A program made the translations under genes and the position numbers. Below are positions 11,614 through 24,820 of a stretch of 64,000 nucleotides of DNA, piece after piece. The notes below the pieces were generated by a model. That model was not told the origin of the DNA, did not search any database, and was given only the letters and a program-made list of their open reading frames with translations. This DNA is from Podarcis vaucheri. Lineage: Eukaryota. The first letter of the stretch is position 1. Every line of letters begins with the position of its first letter. The stretch lies in NCBI GenBank assembly GCA_965113315.1, contig OZ220370.1. The stretch is one strand, 5' to 3'.

Positions 11614-13544
11614 AAAGCTAAAAATTAAATTGGCTCAGGAAGATCCAGCGTAGTGGTTTATGCAGTAAGAACACAGTAAATTTGGTCATTTAATATCATT
11701 CTTTTTACCTTCAATGTGCACGCTTAGAGAAGGAGAAAAACCCTTGAAACTCATGCAGGAAATTGTATGGGGAAAGGGAGTGTATGGGCTTTAAGAGTTC
11801 TACTCATTTAACATTTTTTTAAAATTGACACCATTTTCTGTGATCTTATATAGAATATAATTACTCTCGCTGACCATCATTTAGGTGCTGTGAATCCCCT
11901 AACACATGAAATATAACCAGGCCCATTGGAGATAGAAACAAGACCTAATAAAGAAGACATATTCAAAAATATAACCCTGCGCCTCCAAATCAATAAATAA
12001 AGACAAGTATTTCATACACTAATGCATATATCTATGGCTATTATAAATTAGTGGCTTGCCAGAAAATACACTTCTTAGCACAAGTGCCATTATTTCAAGT
12101 TGTCTGTTTAATGCACACTTAGTATATTTTCCTCATGCAAAGCTGCACTGCATAATTAGGCAACATCCATTCTTAAAAAAGGAAAGTAGACGTCAAAAAT
12201 GAAATACATAAAGCCACGACATTTTACAAATTTGCATCTCCAAAAGTTATGTGCGGTTTCTGATAGGCGAAAAAAAAAATTGCAACAAGATCACTATATT
12301 ATAATGGTCCCAGTTTCATCTTCGCTTGCTTCATCTGCTAGGCTGGCAGTAATGTAAGTTATAATGCACTCATTCTCATTCAACTTCAGTGGATGGGAAT
12401 TTTCTAGAGTAGTTCTATTAAGTGGACGACTGGATAGGTGTCTTAATAAGTTTGCTGAATTATGGCCGTTAAAGCTCAGTTAGATAAATTGTTTGATGGC
12501 TAGTTGTTTTCATCGTAGGCATTTACTGTCTCCTAGGGACAGCTTGAATGTTTCCATTTATGTCCAGAGCATTGGCTGAACTTCTGTGAAACCTATTGGT
12601 CATACATTGCAAGGATTTGAAGCCTTTTTCTGTTTCAGGTCTCCCATGGCTAGCCAGGTCCCCTCAAACTGTCTGTCTGCCATTATAGAAAACCAACAAG
12701 GTCCTCAGCACTTAACAACCCACACATTTAAAAGCACGTGTGAAATCCACATTTTCTTTACATGTCACAAGCATGCCTAACCATCTCAAGCCAGACACAC
12801 TTTACATAACCTGATTCCAGGGGCGCCACATGCCACAAACTCCTGGTCAGAGCTTTGAAAGGGTACGTGAAAGATTCTCAGATTTCTTCTCACAGTTAAT
12901 CCTGCCACCATGATGCCTGGTGGCTTGGCTGTTTTCATGCCACCCTTTCTGTATTTTCAAAGGCTAAAGGCAGAGAAATAGTATATAATTATTCCCACCC
13001 TTTGCAGTAGCCACAGGGTGGTGGGAAACAAAATAAAATAAGATATGAAGAATACATAAAATCCATAAAATAACACAGTCCTTAAAAATAACAACACAGC
13101 AACTCACAACCTATTATGACACAGCTGTCATGTCTTGTCATGTCCCTTTTTCCCCAAATGCCCATGGAAAAAGTGTGTCTTAACCAAATCATTAAAGCTA
13201 AAAAGAGTTGGGGCCAAACATACCTCGGTAGAGAGGAAGTCGTACATGTAAGGAGTCATCACTGAAAAGGTCCAGGAGAAATCATCATCATCATCATCAT
13301 CATCATTCAAATTTATATACTGTGTTTTATCCAAGGATCGCAGGGCAGTTTACAATATAAAAACACAAAAATTCTTACCATAGTAACTAACAAAAGCAAT
13401 AATCCTCCCACCTCAGTATGTTATGGATTTCAAGATGGCTATGAAAAGAGATGACAGGGAGTGATTGTGTCAAGAAGTGAGCAGTCGGTTCCATGAGTGA
13501 GTAGCACCTTTCCCAGGGCCCAAAATCTCTCTCATAGGACACGA

Positions 13545-13690
13545 CCCTCTGCCAGCAGGAAAGGGCTACTGTGCTCATGACCTGCTTGTGAGATTCCCAT
13601 TGGCATCTGCCTGGCAAGTATGCCAAACAGGATACTGTATTGGACTATATTGGCCTTTGGTCTGATCTAGAATGTCTTTCCTTATATTTA
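13545..13690 (+). mobile_element. Decayed 3' part of a Squam2-like SINE or related LINE tail; relatives near 30177-30785 (minus) and 53560-53630
   Basis: ggcatctgcctggc...aacaggatactg...ggacta...ggcctttggtctgatctag motif. Confidence 0.5.
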
Positions 13691-14891
13691 TAATGCCTTC
13701 CTCTTCAGACTTCGTATTTGGGGTACTGTCTCTATGCTGTTGTGCTTAGGAGTCTGCTTGCACATCTCAGCAGCTTTCATGGAGGGCCACAGGAGCGCAG
13801 TGGCTTATAGGCTGCAGAAGCTTGGACAGTGTACCAGAAACCTTTGTGCCCAGGCCCGTTAATCACACGGTGCCACTGAGGTATATAAACTGGCCGGTCC
13901 GCCAGCAGCCAAAACATCAGCCAAAGAAAGAAAAATGAGCTTGCATCAGGCAGAAGCAGATTGCAGAGCTGTGTCCCAATGGTGTCAGGGGCAAGTCCTG
14001 AGCCACCACCATCAATTAGTTCAAATCAAATCAGACACACTGCCATTCAGCTTGCAACACTAATGTTCTGGTCTTGGCCATTGTGCACACACTCTCCCTC
14101 TTCCCTGCTCCCTGACACATGCACACATCAAACTATGGTATAATTTCCTCTTCTGGCATTGAAATCCTCCACTGATTACAGTGGCTTTTATTTCCGTCTT
14201 AAAACTAAAATCTTCCAAATGTTTGCACAACTGTCGTTGCTGGCTATATGAAAATAAAGGCTTGGAAGTGCAAGGCATTCCATTATCGACAATAAAGATG
14301 TATCTCTACTATAGACTCATCTTAAACTAAGAGCCATTCCTTCTACCCAATTTCGGGGCACGGGTTACAAATCTGCAACGGAATTCGCAGCACTATCATC
14401 AATATACAATGCACGGGGTACTTGGTTTCAACAATCAGACCACTATAAAAAACAATATAAGGGAATTGAGAAATCCAGCACTCATTGAAAGAACTCGTGG
14501 TGGACTTTGGTATCTCAAATTTCAGTGTCACCATGTGCATCACCAAAATTCAATGCTCCCTGCCTCTCACTCTATTCTAAGTCACTGCTGCAGTGTCCCC
14601 TTTGGTGCCCTCTTGGCTCAGCTCTCATTGCAAGGAAACCAGTCGTGTTCCCCTAAATCTTCCCCTGCTTGCAGAGGGTGACTTCACTGGGTCTAGCTTT
14701 GTGCTACCACAACATTCTCCAAACACCTGCACATCCAACAGCATCCAAGAAAGTCCTATACTGATTACAAAGGAAACTTCACATGGATTTGCATTGCAAT
14801 ACACACACACACACAGTTCAAAGATTTCTGGAACCAGAAACAGCTAGTTCATAGGTTCAACACATGTTATAACTTGGCTGTTTCAACATGC

Positions 14892-15028
14892 CAGACCCTC
14901 CAGGTGTCCCTATTTGCCAGGGAAATCCCTGATTTAGAAAAGCCATCCCAGTTTCTGATTTGAACTTAGATTGTCCCGTTTTTCCTTAGGATGTCCCTAT
15001 TTTCATTGAAGAAATGTTGGAGGGTAAG
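14892..15028. mobile_element. Short hAT-like MITE (cagaccctcc...ggagggta); short form of the composite at 30242-30694
   Basis: Reverse complement aligns with 30579-30694; flanked by acatgc direct repeats. Confidence 0.65.
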
Positions 15029-15849
15029 ACATGCAAAGCCAACATCATCAATCAGTTATCATAGATAATCCTATCTCACACCAGCCAATTACTTAATAAT
15101 GTAAGACAAAGTGGAAAATAATAGTGGGGGTGCAGTAACTGCTTCCTCTAAGGATTAACTGGAGGAACAGTTTAGAAGTTACTTTTTCATCCAGCACAGC
15201 AGATGGAAGCATCACTCACACCTCTGAATATTCATTAATAATGTTACATTCAAATATCTGACACACAATTCTCAAATTCAGAATATCTGGAATTCAATTC
15301 GCTGCACAAATCTGATAAAGTGATTCTTCTGTCTGCTGAACCCAATAAAAGTAACGTCTAACTGGACCAAAGAGACAAATCAGAATGGAGTGAGAGGAAT
15401 CCTAGATGCGGAAGTTATTTATCAGCCTCTGAGGTTATAATGGAAGAGTAATAATTTCCAAAGTGCATATGCTTTTGAGAGCTTTTATCTAATTTCTCTT
15501 GAGCCCCACCCCTCCAGGTTCAGCTGTGCTGTTATGTGTTTGATAGTGGTCCATATAAACTGGGATGCAGCCATCTTCCTGTTGCTGGTACACTACAAAG
15601 AGGAGCCTGGAAAGAATGCCCCCCCTTTGCAGTTGCTTTCTCTGGAGCTTTTAATACCATAGGCATATTGTTATAAAGATTTGTGCAGTTACCATGCATG
15701 GATGGAGGAGATTTTCTGTTGAACTGCATTGTTAAGCAAACTTGAGTGGTGAACATGCCTTGGAAAGGAATTTGGGGCCAGAACTGTCTGCACTTGGGGC
15801 CAAAGCTAGCCTGATGCTCTCTGGGTCTATGTGGGATGCTGAACCATGG

Positions 15850-16410
15850 TCAGAATTATAGTAAGAAATTTTTTTGGATACAGTTATAAAAGAAGATTAA
15901 GAAAACAGATGTTCAGCTAGGACCCTATCATGATTTTACTGAGGTACATGGAGGGAATTGGATAAGAAATAGAAAAAGAATTAGTTAATTATCAGTTGCC
16001 CAGCACTGGATTTTTTTATTTTTATTTTTTTAAGCAGAAATACCAAGAACAGAGGACTAGGAAATAAAATGTTGAATTTTGGTTAAATCCTCAAAATCAA
16101 TGCACTGGATTAAAATAGAGACAGAGGAGGGAAAGGAGTTTGATTGAACTATTTTGAGAAATGTTTTAGATATCATAGTCAGGATCCCGTTTTACGGGCT
16201 ATGAATTTGATTAAATTAACAAAGAATGATGTGATCATTGAAGTATATATGAGAGTTAATGAGCTTTAGAAATGATTAGTATATTTATTTATGCCAAGTT
16301 TAGAAAAGAAATGGAATCTAAGGAGCGATGTAATCAAACTGTAGTTCTGTATATTATTATTTTGCTATTTTGTGATATTTGCATAGTAATGATATTAATA
16401 AAATATTCAA
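15850..16410 (+). mobile_element. Highly decayed L1-like 3' fragment
   Basis: A-rich, purine-biased segment resembling the L1 piece at 48.6-49.5 kb; ends in aataaaa. Confidence 0.35.
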
Positions 16411-16861
16411 TATATATGAAAAAGTGGTAAGAGTCAGCTTCTGAAAACAGCTTTGAGGTTGTTGGGTTCTTTTTACAATCAAACGGTATATAAATGTTAA
16501 GAAATGGAAAACATGAAATGTCTGAGAGCAGATGTGTGTGTTTTCTTCTCCATTGCCCCAGGCACCAAACTTACCAGGCCTGACTCTGACATCACTCAGA
16601 GTAGCCGTTATTTCAGACATCAAGAAATGAATGTATTAAGTAGACCCTAGTCTGTTTCTTTGTGCATTTCCTTGTACCAATATTGTTTTGATCAGGAATG
16701 GGGCATCCAGTAGAAGTCTTGAACCAGACTTCTTTTTCCTGGCAAGAGGTGAACAACTGCATCAGACTTACTTTTTTTTGTTTTGTTTTTAGGTTGCTTA
16801 TGGTAACTATTGACAGGTTCATTAATTTGTGTAGGTCTTACTTGAACACAAAGTTAGCCAT

Positions 16862-17081
16862 TGAAATATATAAAAAAATATAAAAAACTGTCCAGTAGCA
16901 CCTTAGAGACCAACTAAGTTTGTTCTTGGTATAAGCTTTTGTGTGCATGCACACTTCTTCAGATGCACACGGAAGCTTATACCAAGAAAACACTTAGATG
17001 GTCTCTAAGGTGCTACTGGACAATTTTTATTTTTATTTTATTTCAACTGTGTCAGACCAACACGGCTACCTACCTGAATCT
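16862..17081. mobile_element. Fold-back pseudo-LTR remnant of a second (Neptune-like) Penelope family, with decayed hammerhead motif and ~36-nt tail
   Basis: Inverted arms (tgtccagtagcaccttagagacca / tggtctctaaggtgctactggaca); minus strand ctgaagaagtgtgcatgcacacaaaagctta; tail ...gaccaacacggctacctacctgaatct; 11-bp TSD aagttagccat (16851-16861 / 17082-17092). Confidence 0.8.
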
Positions 17082-18242
17082 AAGTTAGCCATGTTTATTA
17101 ACTTCAGCGAGTCTATTAACAGTAGGATTAGCACTGACTACCACACACTGTCAACAAACCCCCACTTTTAAAAAGAGTGTACTTTATTATCATCTACTAC
17201 ATTCCTCCAGAACAACTTTTGGCAGGGACAACAAAGCTGTCCAGTCTCTGTTAACCTCCCCATCTAAGTTGTCACTCTATTCCAAGCAAAATATGTTGGA
17301 CAAAGTATTCTCATTCCAGTTTTGGCCATTTTAGAATACTGCCAAGTGTCGTTGTTAATGACTGCATGCTCCAATTTACTACTAGAACTCTCTGCAAGGA
17401 CTGTCTGGGACCCTACTAGGTTCTTTCCAGCCCCTGTCTATCCACAAACACACACCCCCAATCCCATGTGTATCGCCTCCAGTTCTAGGATGCCAGAGGT
17501 ATTTTTGTTTTATGTTTTTCCTCGCAAGTTGACACAACTTAACATTGTTTGTCTTGTCACCAGATTATTACTCTAAATTAAAAGGTTATCCGCAGTGAGT
17601 CACTGAATATTTTACATCATGGTTACAGTAGCTGCTCTAGCAGACACCTGCGCAGAGATGAGGCTATATATACATAATGTCACTGTGCTGTCAAAATACA
17701 AGATGCCTGCTGTACCTCTCTCTAATATATACCACTTGCTGCTCATCTCCCTCTGCTCCCTTTAATTCTCTGCCTTCCTTCTGGCAGACTTAGCGAGGTC
17801 AGTGCCGGGAGGGATGGAAGGGCCATCGGATGACTGAAAACATGCAGCCCGTTGACAGTGGGAGCAGGATGGATTTGGGGAAAGTGCTGTTTTTCAAACC
17901 ATTTGCAGCATCGCTTGGGGGCTTTCCCCAACCTTTGATCTAGCCCCTGTATACAAATTCCACCCAGCAGCTGGATGTTCTCATGCGGATGTACCTGGAG
18001 ACTTTGCTTGTAAAACTGCAAGTGTGGCGCTTGCAGAGGAGTTTTATATGTTTAGGTTGCTGGAGAATGGAGAGATGGAGAGAGGGCGGGAGAGAGAGAG
18101 AGAGAGGATGGAGGTCTCAGAGCAAAAGAAGGGGATTGGGCTCTGGAGGAACAGAAGTTGTCAGGAATGTGGTAGCAGTGAGGCTATACCACACATCAGT
18201 GAAGGCCTACAGTGTAATGTATTTATTGAAATAGTGGTAAGG

Positions 18243-18544
18243 CAACATCAGCCCTGCTCTGTGGAAATCCCTTGCAGATGACTGCAGTGCCTGGAGACAA
18301 ATGGTCTGGTCATGTATCCATAGCAGTGACCAGAGGAGGAATGACCACTGGGAGGAGCGCAGAGAGAAGAAACACCATGGTACATCTGCAGCGGCATAAC
18401 CAGGCGCCTTCATCTGTCCCAGTTGCAGCAAAACAGGTCTCTACCATATCGGCTTCTACAGCCACAGCAACCTTCTGGCAGTTTGACTTCACCTCCAGAG
18501 GCACATTCCTTCATTGTCTCCCAAGAGAGATAGGTGCCAACAAC
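18243..18544 (+). mobile_element. 5'-truncated RTE-clade LINE 3' end
   Basis: Translates to ...WKSLADDCSAWRQMV...*PGAFICPSCSKTGLYHIGFYSHS (RTE-type C-terminal zinc finger, one stop); (caa)n tail; TSD aaatagtggtaagg/aaatagtggcaagg. Confidence 0.8.
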
Positions 18545-18681
18545 AAATAGTGGCAAGGTGCCTGTGCAGGTGAGGCTGTATTGCTCTCTCGTCTCCTGAA
18601 TGCTACGGTAGACCAAGACAGAGAGGGGAAGAGGGAAGGCAGCAGGAGGCCTGACGCAGACTCAGTGTGGATGTAGTCTCA

Positions 18682-19010
18682 GGAGTATCTGAAGGAGCGT
18701 CTCCACCCCCATCGTTCTACCCGGACACTGAGGTCCAGCACTGAGGGCCTTCTGGTGGTTCCCTCACTGCGAGAAGCCAAGTTACAGGGAACCAGGCAGA
18801 GGGCCTTCTCGGTAGTGGCGCCTTCCCTGTGGAACACCCTCCCACCAGATGTCAAAGAGAACAACAACTACCAGGCTTTTAGAAGACATCTGAAGGCAGC
18901 CCTGTTTTGGGAAGCTTTTAATGTTTGATGTATTATAGTATTTTAATATTCTTTTGGAAGCCGCCCAGAGTGGCTGGGGAGGCCCAGCCAGATGGGCGGG
19001 GTATAAATAA

Positions 19011-19069
<59 letters not shown>
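18682..19069 (+). mobile_element. L2 LINE 3' fragment with (ATT)n tail
   Basis: Encodes YLKERLHPHRSTRTLRSS...RAFSVVAPSLWNTLP...FRRHLKAALF (L2 ORF2 C-terminus); 3' end gaagccgcccagagtgg...gggcggggtataaataa followed by (att)n. Confidence 0.88.
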
Positions 19070-19071
<2 letters not shown>

Positions 19072-19297
19072 CACATTCGCTCTGCTGCAGTGCCCACACC
19101 ACATCAAGTTCCTGCTGCTTTGTCCTGCCCCCTTCTTGGTTAAGTGGCAGCGATGTGCCACATTTGGAAAGCGAAAGAACAATGCAGCCACATGGCCCAG
19201 CTGGTTGCCTCCAAGTATACACAATACTGAGCTAGACGGATTCACACTAACTTAGTTTAAGGCAGAATCCTATGTTTCTATGTACTTATCATAGGTA

Positions 19298-19650
19298 AGG
19301 TAAAGGTAAAGGGACCCCTGACCATTAGGTCCAGTCGTGGCTGACTCTGGGGTTGCGGCGCTCATCTCGCTTTCCTGGCCAAGGGAGCCAGCGTACAGCT
19401 TCTGGGTCATGTGGCCAGCATGATTAAGCCACTTCTGGCAAACCAGAGCAGCACACGGAAACACCGTTTACCTTCCCGCCGGAGCGGTACCTATTTATCT
19501 ACTTGCGCTTCGTGCTCTCGAACTGCTAGGTTGGCAGGAGCTGCGACCGAGTAACGGGAGCTCATCCCGTCGTGGGGATTCGAACTGCCAACCTTCTGAT
19601 CAGCAAGCCCTAGGCTCTGTGGTTTAACCCACAGCGCCACCCACGTCCCC
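19298..19650 (-). mobile_element. Sauria SINE, full length
   Basis: Reverse-complement match to 9185-9542; TSD ttatcataggta/tcatcgtaggta. Confidence 0.92.
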
Positions 19651-20212
19651 TCATCGTAGGTAGCCATGGACAAAAGCTAGAGACTGGAATGTTGCCTGCC
19701 CTGTGATGTGGTGGAAAACACCAGTCCCTTCCATGTATTGTATAAAGCTAATGTGTGAATAAGTTGGCACTGGCCCCAACAATATGCACATGCACCAGAT
19801 TCTGGCCCTCTGACATGTGTGTTCAGCAAAGATGAGGGTGAGCCGGCTGTACTCATGTACGCTTCTCCATAAGGGTTTCAAATGTTACGCTCAATAAGTG
19901 TTCAATCTGTTTACTTGCATATAAAAGTAGTTGAGCTGTACACGCCTAGAATTACTCACATGTAACGGTAAACACCTACAGGTTTTCACACTTCAAACAC
20001 TAAGCATACTCAATCCACATTGGCATTTCCCCCCAAAGGTGGTGGTGGTGGTGGTTAACAACCTTCAGATTCTTCCAAGTCTGCTGACATCTTCCTCTTG
20101 AGCATGGATGGTACCATTATGGCTACATAAAGATCCACACTTGGATAATGAGTTTACTATTAGTATATAGGATTTTGACTGCATTTGTGAGATTCAAAAT
20201 ACAACCCGCAGG

Positions 20213-20408
20213 CAGATAGCCATTTTAATCTGTTCCAGCATAAACAACAAAGAATCTTGTTGTAGCTGAAAGACAAACAGATTTATTGTGGCATAAGCTT
20301 GTATGGACTAGCACCCACAGTGACATGCATCTGACAAAGTAGACTGTAGTCCACAAAAGCTTATGCCATAATAAATCTGTTCATCTTTAAAGTGTCATAA
20401 GAATGTTG
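20213..20408. mobile_element. Old decayed Penelope fold-back pseudo-LTR remnant
   Basis: Inverted arms acagatttattgtggcataagctt / aagcttatgccataataaatctgt; decayed hammerhead ctgacaaagtagactgtagtccacaaaagctta at 20331-20363. Confidence 0.65.
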
Positions 20409-21465
20409 ATTTAAATGCAATCCGAAAAGGATTTTGGTGCCCACAATGACTGGAGATTTTATAGTTCTAAAAGAGAAGCTTGCTATTAAATTTTATCATA
20501 TATAAGTTATCTGTAATATTCATGCATTCTGTAGTGGAGATGTCTGCTCAGGGCTTGAAACCTAACCTGGTATAATTATGTGGCTGCCTTATACCACGTC
20601 AGGCCATTAGTCAATCGAGCCTAGAACAGTTCACTCAGACTGGCAGCAGCTGTCTGAAGTCTCCAGTATAAGATCTTCTCCATAGCAGATAACTGATAAA
20701 AGTGTGGTCGTGAGAATTCAGCCCAAAAGTGCAGAGAGATCTCGCTGATTCCAGTAAGTTTGCTCCGAACTGAAACCTATATCAGTTTGATCCCAAATAA
20801 GGAGTTTGTTTAAGGGGGGAAATGACTGCCATTTTCCTGACTAGGAACCTATAGTGTTGCCAAGAAATTTCTCCTGATCTTTTGAGTCTCTATCTATCAT
20901 CCTAGCCTACGTTCCTCATTCTGTCTTAATGTTCAGGTCAGATTGGAAGTGACAAGAGAATTTCCAGCCTTAGTTACCACTACTGCCAGAAGCAATAAGA
21001 GTCCTACTGCCCTCGGGCCAAGGTTTGTTATCTGTCATTAACCTGAGAGGGACATGGAGTGCAATCCATTGAAAATGTGAAAGCTGACTCATGCACTCCT
21101 TCCTTTTATTCCTTGACTATATTAGTAAGTATTCTGGAATGCACCAGCAGAGAGAGGGGTAGGGGTAATATTTCACAAAATGGGACACAGCACCCTTCCA
21201 TAAGCACAGATTGGCTGAGCCTCAGACACAGGGCATATGCTTAGCCAAGTTTATGTATTGACAGTCTTGTGCTCTTTGTGTAAATACTGTAGCAGCCGCA
21301 ACAGTTGATCTGGGTGGTTTGACTGCCAGCCAAATCAGATTTGCTATACCACCCCCTTTTGTCATCCAGAGTGGGTAGCAGGGCATATGAAGGGCTGAGC
21401 TACAGACAAAATTTATATACTGTTTGATTGTAAAAACAAACAAACTCAAAGCAGTTCACAAATGG

Positions 21466-21630
21466 CAGGGGCAGACTCTGGTTATCTTTGGTAGCATGGC
21501 ACCCCGAATGAGCCCCAAATTTGGTGACCCCAAATGGATCTTCTCAATTATGGATCTTCTCAACGTTGCAGCCCCTCAGCTTGGTGCCCTGTGCGGGGGA
21601 ACTGCCTGCACTGCCTGAAATCTGGCGTTG
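21466..21630. mobile_element. Decayed hAT-like MITE
   Basis: caggggcaga...tctggcgttg termini flanked by caaatgg direct repeats. Confidence 0.45.
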
Positions 21631-24053
21631 CAAATGGAAGCCCTCTGGAATTGGTCCCACTTGAGCGCTCCTCATGGGAGCTGATCCCCACCAGAGCAGG
21701 AATTCCAGCCGTTGTTGGCCAGCTGATCAACAGTGGCTGCAAACCCTGCTTTTGGCAGGGACCGTCCCTTGTGGCAAAAGACTTGAGTTCCAACCAGTCT
21801 GTAAAAGAAGAAAGGAAAGAATTGGGAGCATACTTACAGTGCTCCCCCACTTCTTTGTTTTCCAACAACCATGTCTATATCAAGAAGAAATTTGCACTAA
21901 AATGCTGATACATTTTCATTGGGATGCTTTAAAAGAATATTGATCATGAACTGATGTGGAAATGGGGAGACAAGAAAACGAGAACCTGAGAGAAACTGGA
22001 ATCAAAAGATTTGACCACCTCCACATGGAGGGAGGTGTTTTCCAGTGGCAGCCCTTAAACTCCCTATTCTTGTGGAACCTATTTGGATGGAGGGAATCAG
22101 GATAAGGGAGGCAGTGGTCACCTAGAGAGAGAAAAATCTAAGCAGATGATAAATAATGATGGTGCATGCTGCAACATCTCCATTTTTTAAGCAGGAGGGA
22201 GGACATGTTATCCTTTCCTCTTTCTTTCCACTGATAGCCATCCTACCTCAGTGATGAAGAGCATCATAAAATCCCAGAAGACTTAAACAACAACAAAAGC
22301 AGGGACCAAGAGCCAGTACTGAATGAGTGAGTAGACAGGAGACTCTGGTGTTAAATACAATCAAACTCAAATAAACAGAAATGCATCAGTTTCTCCCTGT
22401 CAACAGTAATCTTGCAGCTCAGAGGGCCATTTTTTCCCTGCAAAGCTTCAAGTTTCCAAACACTTCAGGCACAGCGCAGAAATCTAGCCAACAGGCACTT
22501 GCCCTGTAGGAATGCTGGCCTGCCATGGACCATATATATTATATATGCACAAAGGAAGAAGAATAGCCAGCTCTGTATATCAGAGTGACACATGATTTGA
22601 AAAAAATCAAGCAAGCATTTCTCATTACATTTATTAAATTACTTTACGGCTGCTATTCATTTATCTACTTAAGCGGGTCCAGGGAACCCTCTGTAACTCT
22701 CTAAAGCATTAGTTAAGCTAAAGTGCTGATGACTTAAAATGTTGTGTTGCAGCACATAATCCATGTTGGAATGACCTCTGAAAAGGAGACGAAATCCAGA
22801 AAACAATACTATAAACCAAAGCAAAAAGAATTATTCCATACGCAAAGTCAAAAAAAATGATGTAGTTGTATTGTTTAAAGGCGGATGCTGTGTAGAACTA
22901 CATGATAATAAATCAGCATTTTATGACCTGTGATGATTAGGCTAGCTACGCAGAAAATACCACAACCACTGTAGCCTGCAACTTTGGCATTTGCCAACAA
23001 CTTTCTAGCCCTGGTGAGTGTGTTCAAATTTTTTGGGAAGTACCCTTTCAACTTTGAGACTCCACGTCTGTACCTTCAAAGGCTTGGGAAGATGGGTGGA
23101 TGTTTGTGCTTATCCCATGGCTACCACAACTTGCAACCTATTCCTAATTCTCCATTAACTTATCTCCCTTTGTCTTTTCTGGTAGTGCCTTGATGCTGTT
23201 CCTTCGAATAAAGACAGAAGGTGCCAAAAGAAGAGCGAGCCTGACCTGAAGGAGAGAAATGGGAAAATCCACTGTTTCCTGCTGAATTGGAACAAACTCC
23301 AATTGGGCCCATGTCTACAAATCAAGGACCGTTGCCTAGGAATTGCAGCACAAACAAAATTGTGGGTGAGCTCTAACTCCCAACAACTTCACAAATGGTC
23401 AGGGATGGACAAATGCAAGCAATAAACAACGTCTTCATCTGTTTCCATGAGACGTTGTTGATTGTTCTGTGTGAAAATAATTATGCACTTAAAGAACAGG
23501 GGTGCCAATTTAAATACAACATCAGTGGGCCCAGGTAAGCCTCACCCCACCTACTTGATGACAAGACGTGGTAGGCAGGTACACCATTTCAATGGCAATG
23601 CCTGTCAAATATTTTAGGGGGGGTACAAAGATACCACAGCCCCTAGAAGTTGGCTCCTATGCACACTTTTACATAGAGTTTTGTGTAAATAACACACCTG
23701 TTCTTAAATGTTTACTTTCTGATGTCCCAGCACAATTTTTTCACAATACAGCCTTCTCATCATCAACACTGAATATGCAAACATTGTTTCAGCAGCATAT
23801 ACCTATGTGCCACAGATCAAGCTGAGAGGCCAATCTAGCAAGCTGTTTGTCTGAAAGGGATTGTTACTAGACCTGGGCAAGGGGATGAGTTCGAATCTGT
23901 ATGTTACATTGCTTTTTTAGTGGCTAGAATCAATAACTATTGGGGTGTATATTTGTCCCAGAAAAGAGTAGGTGACTTTGCCTAAAAAGAAAAAGGTCAG
24001 TTATATCCAGCACACACCTTACTAAAGCCCTTAAAAAGCTGCTAACCTATTTG

Positions 24054-24093
24054 GTGTGTGTGCGTGTGTGTGCGCACACACACACACACACAC
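24054..24093. repeat. Palindromic (GT)n-GCGC-(AC)n microsatellite
   Basis: gtgtgtgtgcgtgtgtgtgc|gcacacacacacacacacac. Confidence 0.9.
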
Positions 24094-24820
24094 ATATATC
24101 TTTATCTTTTTGTGCTGCAGAAGATCATACAGAATCAACTCAGTAAAAAGAATTGTCATAAAATCTCACACCATTGACTTGTAAATGGAATTGAATCTGC
24201 AGAGTCTACATAATGATACTATCAAAAAGAGAAGGAGCTATCACATTCATATAACAGATGAGATATGAAATGACTACTATGGCAGATGAACACCCCAGAG
24301 GTATTTTGCTCCATTCTACTCACTGCGTTTATATCTCCGGTTTCTCTAATTTCAGTTATTTTTTTTCCTCAGGTCTTAAGACAAGAGTAGACAATTTTTT
24401 CCTTAACAAATAACCTCATACACAAGTCAATAGTATAAATACTCACGTTTCTGAGGTTAGCGCTGGGGCTTTATTAAAACTGATTTTTCACAAGCTATTC
24501 CTGTTACATTTGTGCTGTTGCTTCCAGCGTGCCTCCCTCTTTGTGAATAAAAGAAGGAAGAAGAGGCAATGTCTTGGTTTAGGGATACTGAACATTAACT
24601 CTTCAACTCAAAATCTGCATCTATGCATTCCCTTCTCTCTCTCTCTTGCTCCTGTTAGTCTAGAGTTAGTCTAGTGTCCTTTACAGGACAGTCTTCCATT
24701 TGAACAAAAGGAGGGAAAGCAAGAGCCTTGAATCTGCCCCTCAACTCTGGACAGTGGGCTGAGCAGGCACATCTGTCACCTGGTCACAGCCCCCCCCCCA
24801 TATGTGTTGTCTTTCTTAAG

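Noticed and set aside
13880-14065. TATA box (gtatataaac) followed by an ATG
   Set aside because: Downstream ORF is short with no recognisable product or splice support.
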